A DNA stretch of 62,155 bases, filler included. It is 5 parts of 5 records of this genome, joined end to end, with 100 filler letters (N's around TTAATTAATTAA, not from the genome) between each part and the next. Parts side by side here need not be neighbours in the genome. Positions count along the whole stretch, not along the records: positions 1 to 30,301 come from DRR723986_17766; positions 30,402 to 41,736 come from DRR723986_17769; 3 more parts are not named here. One strand, given 5' to 3'. Both the position numbers and the translations under genes were made by a program. This document shows positions 29,444 to 37,920 of the stretch, in pieces. Position 1 is the stretch's first letter, and the number at the start of each line of letters is the position of its first letter. The notes under the pieces were generated by a model. The model did not search any database. It saw only the letters and a program-made list of their open reading frames with translations, and was not told where the DNA came from.

Positions 29444-30202
29444 TCAGTTGCGTCCCTCAGGTAAGAGTCGCCAGCCCTTTTCATCGTCTAGGTCGAGGGT
29501 TTCTGCTCCATCGATGGTCAGCATGGCTCGGAGTGCTTGAGGCGAAATATGCTCTTTCAACTCAAAGACTGAGCCAGCGGCCATTACCAAAGCCGGGTGC
29601 GAGAATCGACTGCGAAGCCCATTCTGGTCAGGGACTTCTAAACTCATTTCGCGAAACTCTAGATCACTGGGTTGCATCCAGTTGTCCACGTGGCCTGTTG
29701 CTTCAACAATCAACACGGAGTTCTCTAGGCCGTCGCGTACATCTGCTTCGCAGACGAGGCGGTCCGCTTGCCACATCGTTTGGGAACCAATGACTGCAGC
29801 GTAATCCGAAGAAGTGGACATTGCGTTGTACTGTCCCGGAAGTTGAAACAGCGCTGGCACCTCCGAAGCAAATCGTTGGTTGTGTGCGCTATTCCAGGGC
29901 TCATCCAAGCGTATTCGCTCATATAGCTCGCGATGGTCCATGTAGGGCAGAACGAGCACTCGCCAACTGTGCAAGCGGTTCCCTTCGCCGTCAGTAGTGA
30001 ATGGCGGAGGATAACAACCGTTTGCAGCTTCATAGTTGGCGACGGCCAAGGCTAATTGCTTGAGGTTTCACAAGCCGCTCATCCGCTGCGCTTGTAAAGA
30101 GAGCGATCGAATTTGGACGCCAAGGAGGACCAGCCCCACCAAGCATACAACGCCTAGACTTGCATAGAGGCGGCGGCGACTGCGGTTTGATAATGGTTTC
30201 AA
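29444..30202 (-). pseudogene. DUF1559 (planctomycete prepilin-like) gene with one in-frame TGA at 30068-30070; pseudogene, sequencing error or recoded
   Basis: ORFs 30068..30274 and 29444..30049 are in the same frame: TM helix-QAQRMSGL*NLKQLALAVANYE...HSWRVLVLPY...DEPWNS...DGLENS...W. Start tentatively TTG 30202. Confidence 0.8.
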
Positions 30203-30257
30203 TTTAGAACGCCTCTGCCAAAACGATGAGTGCCTTGTCCTGAGGTGTTTGTCGCCG

Positions 30258-30301
30258 TGCTGTGTTGCTGCCATGCTGCGTTTGCTGTCATGCTGCGTTT
30301 G
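30258..30301. repeat. 17-bp tandem repeat running into the contig end
   Basis: tgctgtgtt-gctgcca / tgctgcgtttgctgtca / tgctgcgtttg. Confidence 0.7.
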
Positions 30302-30401
30302 NNNNNNNNNNNNNNNNNNNNNNNNNNNNNNNNNNNNNNNNNNNNTTAATTAATTAANNNNNNNNNNNNNNNNNNNNNNNNNNNNNNNNNNNNNNNNNNN
30401 N
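30302..30401. other. Artificial contig spacer
   Basis: N44-TTAATTAATTAA-N44 (stop codons in all six frames). Confidence 0.99.
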
Positions 30402-30426
30402 AGCTGTTAGCCTGTGGCTAACAGCT
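30402..30426. repeat. Perfect 11-bp hairpin at the contig start
   Basis: AGCTGTTAGCC-TGT-GGCTAACAGCT. Confidence 0.7.
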
Positions 30427-30870
30427 GGTGTTATTTTAAGACCCCAGACTCCAACCCCCAAACCCACCAACTAACAAGAAAAAACAGCCAGCCACCGATT
30501 CAACAGAGGGGGCGCAGCGCTCAAGAAGGTGAATGCCAGGACCCCAAACCCAAAACCGCTACTCCCCAAACCCCAATCCCAAAGGCAGACAACCGATCCG
30601 CCAATCATTAAAGCCTCCAGAGCAAATCCCCAAGGCAAACAAACAATCCGCAAGTCCTTGATGTCTCCAGTGTAGTACCCAAGCCATCCATCACACTACC
30701 CTAAATCCAGCAAGGCCCGCAAAATTGGCCGCGTGGGAAACTTACATCAGCTGCAGGAAGACTGCCGCCTGAAGCGCCGATTCCCTAAAATCTGCGTAGA
30801 TTTGCGCTCGGGGCGTTACAATCCGGGCCCCGCATGTGTCTGCTTGATATTTAAACGATACTCCGATCCT

Positions 30871-31638
30871 ATGTATACTTTCCGTCTGGCGTGCTGCGCC
30901 ATGTTGTCTATCCTTGTTTTGAATGCCTGTGGCGATAAATCTGCGTCGAGTCCCGAAGAGTCGCTCATAGGACTGGGCAGTGGCGTGCCTGAGCTGAAAT
31001 CGCTTGAGGACAGCCTCTCATTCCACAGTGGCTGGCTTATCTCCCAGGACCTGGAACGCAATATTTTTGATCTGGATATGAACCTCTACCTGCGTGGACT
31101 GGCGCATGGACTAAATAAAGGCGAGCAGCCGCTGACCGAAGATGAAGTCAATAGTCTGCTCGAAGAGCTGGAACAACGTGAGCTGCAACGGATTCGCGAT
31201 ATTCACCTGCAAAAAGCCGAGAAGGCCAAAGAAGCCGGGATCAAGTTCCTGGAAGAAAATGCCAAGCGCGATAGCGTTACCGTGCTGCCCAGCGGACTGC
31301 AATACATTGCACGTGTGAACGGTGACGGCCGCAGCCCCGAATTGAATTCCGTTGTGAAAATGCATTACCGCATTCGCGATGTGGAAGGCAAAGAAATCAA
31401 CTCATCCTACAAGCTGAATAAGCCGCAACAGTTCCGCATTAGCGGCCTGCAGCTGGGACTTCAGGAAGGTTTGCCGCTGATGAAAAAAGGTGGCAACTGG
31501 ATATTCTATCTGCCGTCCGAACTGGCGCTTAAAGACGAAGCCAAAGGCAGCGTTGGCCCAGGTGCCGTGCTGGTCTACGAAGTAGAACTGGTGGACGTGA
31601 TGGACGACTTCGACGTTCCGGAAGATCAGCGAAACTAA
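30871..31638 (+). CDS. FKBP-type PPIase-like lipoprotein (FkpA/Mip architecture), active site degenerate
   Basis: Lipobox LNAC, FKBP_N helical domain, FLEENAK..VTVLPSGLQY, EGLPLMKKG, PSELA, VLVYEVEL. Confidence 0.88.
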   Translation: MYTFRLACCAMLSILVLNACGDKSASSPEESLIGLGSGVPELKSLEDSLSFHSGWLISQDLERNIFDLDMNLYLRGLAHGLNKGEQPLTEDEVNSLLEELEQRELQRIRDIHLQKAEKAKEAGIKFLEENAKRDSVTVLPSGLQYIARVNGDGRSPELNSVVKMHYRIRDVEGKEINSSYKLNKPQQFRISGLQLGLQEGLPLMKKGGNWIFYLPSELALKDEAKGSVGPGAVLVYEVELVDVMDDFDVPEDQRN

Positions 31639-31805
31639 GATGGAAGCATAGGGCGGCAATAGATCGTCACGCTCTGCATGTGGCTCCAGGGTTGAACATT
31701 TGATTGGCTGAATAGCAGGCCGGATTCCCGCGGTCAAGCCGCTTCCGCGGGCAGTTGAACTGCTGCGGTACTTTGCCCGGCAAAGCCGCCAATATCCGCA
31801 TTCTT

Positions 31806-31838
31806 AAAAAACCGCACGTTTGTTGACGTGCGGTTTTT
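31806..31838. terminator. Bidirectional intrinsic terminator
   Basis: AAAAAA-CCGCACGT-TTGTTG-ACGTGCGG-TTTTT. Confidence 0.85.
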
Positions 31839-32097
31839 GTGTTTGTAGTAGTTTAGAAGAACAATGCAAGTGCCGAACGCGGGAGACTGTCAGTCGTATG
31901 CCTGAATCAGGCGCGGAATAAGCATCGAGATACCTGGTTTTGGGCCTGGGCAGTTTGAATGCCCGGCCAAGTCTCAAATAGAAAAATGACAGAATATTCA
32001 TTTTTCTTTGCAGCGTACAGCATTTGCTTGTATATTCGTTTTAGCCGCATTAATGAACAAAGATTCATACTTTCCCTTCGACCGGAGATTCCAACCT

Positions 32098-35000
32098 ATG
32101 AAAGCAAGACGCGCGGGCCGTTCACTGGCCGTGCTGCTAGCGTTTTTGTTTGCCTGTACAGGCGGATCCGATAGCGGCATACAAATTGTCAGCACCAACT
32201 TTGGTGACGGCGTTGAATTACAACAGAACCTGGTTTTCAGCTTTAATCACGACCTCGTGAATGCAGACTCTTTGCAGCAGTGGCTGGAAGTGCCGTTTAT
32301 GAAGATCGAGCCCGAAGTGGCTGGATCATTCAAATGGTCGGCGGCCAACACACTTGTGTTTTCGCCTTACCAGGGATTTAAGCCCAGTACCGAGTACACA
32401 GCTACAATGACAGCGGAGCTGGAGCAGCTGGCACCGCAGATTGGTCTGCCGGACGAAGAATACCGCGTAGTTACATTCCACACGCCATTCCTGGATCTGC
32501 TGGCCGCACATGCGCAGTGGGTTAAAGGCAGCACGGGGGAACCGGTGCTGGAAGTGCGCCTGGAGTTTAACCAGATTGTCGAAACCGCCGATTTGCCGGC
32601 GAAACTGACGCTCGAACTCGCAGGCACAAGCGTCGAGTATTTAACAAATGAAGGGCTGCGCGCCTCAGATTCGCAGCGCCTGACAGTGTTTGGCGTTGAT
32701 CCCGCAGAAGTTGAAAACCAGACGCTGGATGTTGCGATTCAAGCCGGCCTTTCACCAACGGGATCAGATTGGTCAACACCCGAAGCATTTGAGATGCAGG
32801 TGCCGATTCCCGGCCGCGACAGATTTGACATCACATCCGTTGAGTCGGTTAACGACGAGGGGCGCACGATTGCGCGCGTGTATACAACCCAGGAAGTAGT
32901 GGCCGACAGGCTTCAGGAAAATATCAAAATCGATCCCGAACTACCTTTTACTGTGGAAGTGCGCGACTGGGGTTTTGACATCAAAGCCGACTTCACTTTT
33001 GGCAAAACCTACACCTTAACATTTGACAAATCCACGCGCGGCATTTTTGGCGGCACTCTGTTTAAGGACGCCGTGCAGAACGTCAGTTTTGGCGAAATTG
33101 CTCCGGGCATTCAGTTTGCATCGTCCAAGGGCATGTACCTCACCAGTGCAGGCGCGCGTAACGTGGGACTGAATATATTTAACGTTGGCAAAATTAAAGT
33201 GACGGTCTCCAAGATCTATGAGAATAATCTCTATGAGTACATGCGCAGAGGCCAGGACTCGCGCAACTATTACGATGAGATGAGTCAGCATTATCACTGG
33301 GTGCAGGGAAACTTCAACAATCCTCTTTACGGCAATGAAGTCTATTCCACTGAAATCGAAACCAGCACGCTGCCGCGTTCCGGCAACCTGCGACTGTTAA
33401 ACATCGATTTTGAGGATCAGAATGCCTTTGAGGGGATGTACATTCTGCAGGTCGCATCCATAGAGCAACAGTGGATTTTTGATACAAAACTGATGGCGGT
33501 TTCGGACCTGGGACTCATTACCAAAACCAGTGGTGATGACGTGTTGGTGTTTGTTAACTCCATCGAAAGTGCGCGGCCCGTATCAGATGTTAAAGTCAGT
33601 TTTATCTCAACCAACAATCAAATGCTGCACCACGCCAACACGGACTCCAAAGGTGTGGCGGTCTTTAAGGACATCAAAAATTCGGCGCCCGGTTTTAAAG
33701 TGGGCATGCTCACAGCGCGCAAGGGTGACGACTATAATTTCATGATGCTGAGCCGTACTTTGGTGCAGACCTCGCGTTATGATGTGGGCGGCATTCGCGA
33801 AAATGCCTCGGGTTTTCAGGCCTTCATTTATGGTGAACGCAATATTTACCGTCCGGGTGAGACGCTGCATTTTAACACGATTGTGCGCGACGACAACTGG
33901 ATGCCCGTGGCGGACATGCCGATCAAGTTTAAGCTGCTGCTGCCCAACGGCAATGAGTTCCGCTCGCTTAAACTGCAGCTGGACGCGCAGGGTGCCGTCG
34001 CCAATGATATTACGCTGCCCGGCAGCGCCGTAACCGGCAACTACGTGGCCGAAGTTTATACAGCCAATGACGTGCTGCTGAACTCCAGCTCCATCAGTAT
34101 CGAAGAATTTGTGCCTGACCGCATCAAAGTTGATGTAGACATGAACCTGGCCTCGACGCTGCTGCCTGCAGATCTCAAAGCCACGGGACAGGCGAACAAT
34201 CTGTTTGGACCGCCGGCGGCGAATCGCAAATACGAAGTTGAGTTCAGCCTTAAGCGCAAGTACTTTGGGGTTGAGGACCTGCCCGGATTTAACTTTGCCG
34301 TTAAACTGGAGGACAATACCAGGTTTAATACAATTCGCCGCTCAGGGTCAACCGGTACCGACGGACGTTTTGTTGAAAACTTTAGCCTCAACCGCGAGAC
34401 CTATGCCGACATGGGCCTCTTGCAGGGAAGTCTGTATACTACGGTGTTTGACGAAACCGGGCGTCCGGTGCATCGGCTCAATACGACCGACATTTTCACG
34501 CAGCCCGTGCTGTATGGCATCAAGGGCGGATCTTCCTGGATTTCGGCTAATCAGGCGCGCGATTATCAGCTGGTAGCGGTGGACACCAGCGGCAACTTTG
34601 CCTCCGGCGCTGAAATTAACGTGGCGGTCTACCGCATTGACTGGGAGACCGTAGTACAACGCAGCGGCCACAGCTACAACTACGTTTCGCAAAAGCGCGA
34701 GCGCATTGTGCACACGCGTAAAATCGTGCAGGGCAACAGCGAACCAATGCTGCTGCGCTATAAACCCGACCGCTCCGGGCAGTACGAAATCCGCGTCTCC
34801 GGAGCGAATGCCAAACGCTATGTTCCATATGTATTCTACGCCTATAGCAGCAGCTGGACGCAAAACTCAGCCTTTGAGGTGAGTAACGAAGGCCACGTGG
34901 AAATGCGCCTGGATAAAGCCAAATACACCGTCGGTGAGCAGGCGCGTATTCTGTTTACAACACCCTTTGACGGCAGCATGCTCGTAGCTGTGGAGCGCGA

Positions 35001-37536
35001 CCGCGTCATCGAACATTACAACATCGAAGTTGTTAACAAAGCCGCCGAACTGATCCTGGCGATACCCGACGATTTTGCACCGAACGTGTACATCGCCGCT
35101 ACGCTGATTAAACCACATGCTCCCGGCGGCATTCCGCTGACCGTAGCACATGGTTATGAGCCCTTGATTGTAGAACGCAAAGGCAAACGCCTGCCCGTTG
35201 CAATTGAAGCACCCGAGAAAATTCGCTCCAGCAAAACACAAACTATCAAAGTCAAGACGCGTGCCGAGCGCGATATCAACCTAACAATTGCGGTGGTGGA
35301 TGAGGGCATTCTGCAGCTCAAAAACTACAAAACACCCGATCCCTATGGATTTTTCTATGCCAAACGCGCGCTGGAAGTGCGCTCCTACGACGTCTATCCC
35401 TGGCTCCTGCCCGAGATGCAGATTAAGCTGACAGACGTCGGCGGTGGCGGCTACGATCTGGCCAACCGCGTTAACCCGATGACCAACAAGCGCATGCGCC
35501 TTGTGTCATACTGGAGCGGTATTGTCAAAACCGACGAACGCGGTGAGTACAAGTATGACCTGGAAATTCCGCGTTTCAGCGGGGCGCTGCGTGTTATGGT
35601 CGCAGCATATAAAGACGACTCATTTGGTTCGGCCGAACACATGATGCGCGTTGCCGATCCAATCGTGGTTTCCGCCGGCCTGCCGCGATTCCTGAGCCCA
35701 ACAGACACCGTGCTTGTGCCGGTGACGATGACGAATACAACCGACAAACCGGCAACTGCAACGGCACGCCTCACCGCCGACGGCCCCGTGTCCATCATAG
35801 GCAACAACTCCGTGGAACGCACGATTCCGCCTAATCAGGAAGAACGTGTTGTTTTCACAGCCGCGGCACATTCGGCAATCGGACAGGCGCAGTTTGCGCT
35901 CGCCGTTGATGCCCTTGGCGAAACATTTGATGACGTCATCGATATAAGCGTGCGTCCGGCAACGTCGCTCACAAAAATTAACGGTTCCGGCAAAATTGGC
36001 GCCGGCGAAACTGTTAACCTGGACATGCAGGATGTTGACCTGGAAGTACGCCTGGATGCACAGTTAATTGTTGCACGTACGCCGCTCGCGGAGTTCTCGC
36101 AGCATATGCGTTATCTGGTGGGGTATCCACATGGCTGCCTCGAACAAACCGTCTCCAAGGCCTTCCCGCAGCTCTATTTTAACGATCTGGCCGCCGCAAT
36201 TGACCTGCGCATGCCCACGCGTTCCAATCCGAATTACAACGTGAACGAAGCCATTCGCAAGCTGGCTTCGATGCAGTTGTATTCCGGTGGTTTTACCTAC
36301 TGGCCCGGCACAAATACAGAGTCCTTGTGGGGTTCCGTTTATGCGGCGCACTTCCTGCTCGAAGCGCGTAAAGCCGATTTTGACGTGCCCGATCGCGTTA
36401 TGGATCGCCTGATGTCATATTTGCGTGCCAGAGTTAAGACACGCAAAATGGTGACGCAGCGCTTCTATGCATCCAGTGATGATTGGCGCACCGTACGCAC
36501 GCGTCAGATTGCCCCGCGCGGCATATTCTATTCACTCTACGTTCTGGCATTAAACAACTCACCGGACGTAGCTACAATGAATCAATATCGCGATCAAACC
36601 GGCATTATGACCAGCGATTCGCGTTACATGCTGGCCGCCGCCTACGCCTTAACCGGCGACCGCGACTCCTTCCTGAAACTTAAACCCGATGAATTTGGCA
36701 GTGACCGTTCAGCTACCAGTTTTGGCGGTAGTTTCTACTCGCAGGTGCGTGACGAAGCCCTGGCGCTCAACGTTCTAATCGAAGTTGACGCCGACGACCC
36801 GCAGGTGACCTCGATGGCGCGCAACCTCTCGAACTATCTGCGCACCCGTCGTTACTTAAACACACAGGAACTCAGTTTCACGGTTCTGGCGCTCGGCAAA
36901 CTCGCCAAAAAAGATATGCAGGGCACTCCCAGCCTTGAACTGAAAATTGATGGTGAAAACCATATCCGCGATGGGAAACTGCCATTTAACATTGGCAGCC
37001 AGGTTCTGGACAAACAGGTGGAACTGCGCAATACAGGACAGGGCAACCTATACTATTTTTGGCTGACGGAAGGCTATAATACCCAAGCGCGATTCCCTCA
37101 GGTTGACAACTTCCTTAAAGTGCGTAAGACCTACTTTACACGCGACGGCATTGAAATTACCAACGGCCGTCTAAAAGTTAACGACCTGGTAGTTGTGCGC
37201 ATGCGCCTCAACGGAGCGCCCGCAACGTCAGTTGAAAACGTTGTGTTAACCGATTTGCTGCCCGCCGGCCTCGAAATCGAAAACCCGCGACTTAACAGTT
37301 TGCCGGGCATGGACTGGATTAAGGATGCCAAAACGCCGACGCACTTTGATTTTCGCGACGACCGCATTAACCTCTTTATGGATCTGAAATCGCGCAAGCA
37401 GTACGATTACTACTACATGGCGCGCGCCGTCAGCCCCGGCAACTTTGTGATGGGACCGGTCAGTGCCGATGCGATGTACAATGGCGAATACAACTCTTAT
37501 CACGGTGCGGGTCGTATAGTTATTGCGCCCAACTAA
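32098..37536 (+). CDS. yfhM: Bacterial alpha-2-macroglobulin lipoprotein
   Basis: Lipobox LFAC, SDLGL, ERNIYRPGE, EEFVPDR, AVVDEGIL, LPRFLSP, thioester YPHGCLEQ, DLLPAGLEIEN; followed by pbpC. Confidence 0.95.
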   Translation: MKARRAGRSLAVLLAFLFACTGGSDSGIQIVSTNFGDGVELQQNLVFSFNHDLVNADSLQQWLEVPFMKIEPEVAGSFKWSAANTLVFSPYQGFKPSTEYTATMTAELEQLAPQIGLPDEEYRVVTFHTPFLDLLAAHAQWVKGSTGEPVLEVRLEFNQIVETADLPAKLTLELAGTSVEYLTNEGLRASDSQRLTVFGVDPAEVENQTLDVAIQAGLSPTGSDWSTPEAFEMQVPIPGRDRFDITSVESVNDEGRTIARVYTTQEVVADRLQENIKIDPELPFTVEVRDWGFDIKADFTFGKTYTLTFDKSTRGIFGGTLFKDAVQNVSFGEIAPGIQFASSKGMYLTSAGARNVGLNIFNVGKIKVTVSKIYENNLYEYMRRGQDSRNYYDEMSQHYHWVQGNFNNPLYGNEVYSTEIETSTLPRSGNLRLLNIDFEDQNAFEGMYILQVASIEQQWIFDTKLMAVSDLGLITKTSGDDVLVFVNSIESARPVSDVKVSFISTNNQMLHHANTDSKGVAVFKDIKNSAPGFKVGMLTARKGDDYNFMMLSRTLVQTSRYDVGGIRENASGFQAFIYGERNIYRPGETLHFNTIVRDDNWMPVADMPIKFKLLLPNGNEFRSLKLQLDAQGAVANDITLPGSAVTGNYVAEVYTANDVLLNSSSISIEEFVPDRIKVDVDMNLASTLLPADLKATGQANNLFGPPAANRKYEVEFSLKRKYFGVEDLPGFNFAVKLEDNTRFNTIRRSGSTGTDGRFVENFSLNRETYADMGLLQGSLYTTVFDETGRPVHRLNTTDIFTQPVLYGIKGGSSWISANQARDYQLVAVDTSGNFASGAEINVAVYRIDWETVVQRSGHSYNYVSQKRERIVHTRKIVQGNSEPMLLRYKPDRSGQYEIRVSGANAKRYVPYVFYAYSSSWTQNSAFEVSNEGHVEMRLDKAKYTVGEQARILFTTPFDGSMLVAVERDRVIEHYNIEVVNKAAELILAIPDDFAPNVYIAATLIKPHAPGGIPLTVAHGYEPLIVERKGKRLPVAIEAPEKIRSSKTQTIKVKTRAERDINLTIAVVDEGILQLKNYKTPDPYGFFYAKRALEVRSYDVYPWLLPEMQIKLTDVGGGGYDLANRVNPMTNKRMRLVSYWSGIVKTDERGEYKYDLEIPRFSGALRVMVAAYKDDSFGSAEHMMRVADPIVVSAGLPRFLSPTDTVLVPVTMTNTTDKPATATARLTADGPVSIIGNNSVERTIPPNQEERVVFTAAAHSAIGQAQFALAVDALGETFDDVIDISVRPATSLTKINGSGKIGAGETVNLDMQDVDLEVRLDAQLIVARTPLAEFSQHMRYLVGYPHGCLEQTVSKAFPQLYFNDLAAAIDLRMPTRSNPNYNVNEAIRKLASMQLYSGGFTYWPGTNTESLWGSVYAAHFLLEARKADFDVPDRVMDRLMSYLRARVKTRKMVTQRFYASSDDWRTVRTRQIAPRGIFYSLYVLALNNSPDVATMNQYRDQTGIMTSDSRYMLAAAYALTGDRDSFLKLKPDEFGSDRSATSFGGSFYSQVRDEALALNVLIEVDADDPQVTSMARNLSNYLRTRRYLNTQELSFTVLALGKLAKKDMQGTPSLELKIDGENHIRDGKLPFNIGSQVLDKQVELRNTGQGNLYYFWLTEGYNTQARFPQVDNFLKVRKTYFTRDGIEITNGRLKVNDLVVVRMRLNGAPATSVENVVLTDLLPAGLEIENPRLNSLPGMDWIKDAKTPTHFDFRDDRINLFMDLKSRKQYDYYYMARAVSPGNFVMGPVSADAMYNGEYNSYHGAGRIVIAPN

Positions 37537-37920
37537 ACATGCAAAGCTCAGGTAAGTCGCGAACAGCAGAAGATTCTGTTTAACAGGAGGGTGGAGCAGT
37601 TGTAACTTTCGTCAGGGAGTGTAACTGTTCCGCCCGGCCTCAGCCCAGGCCCTTTTCCCAAAGGGCTCCGGTCAGGTCCGTTTTCTGAGCAGAATTCTCT
37701 TGTTAGTCGCCGACCCCACAGCCGCAAGTCTTCAAGTCCCAATGTTTTTGGTTCAAAGCTGTTTAACTTCAGCTCGTAATTCCAGTCCCGGCTTCCCAAG
37801 TCTCTTAACAATGATTGAGGTTCCGCAGCTATTAAACCAGGTGCTAAACATACTGACGACAAATCTGCCGGACCGGCTGCCGGTAACACGCTGCCGCTTG
37901 CGGCAAAACTCGCTAACAAA

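Noticed and set aside
30068..30070. Genome-wide TGA reassignment (code 4 or 25)
   Set aside because: Other genes on the same contig end normally at TGA (e.g. 967, 4948, 9568, 15603) and none shows an internal TGA
30346..30357. TTAATTAATTAA as a biological repeat or att site
   Set aside because: Embedded in N runs at every junction; it is a six-frame stop linker
26479..37536. Functional link between planctomycete sulfatase/DUF1559 genes and the A2M locus
   Set aside because: Separated by an artificial spacer; they are different contigs
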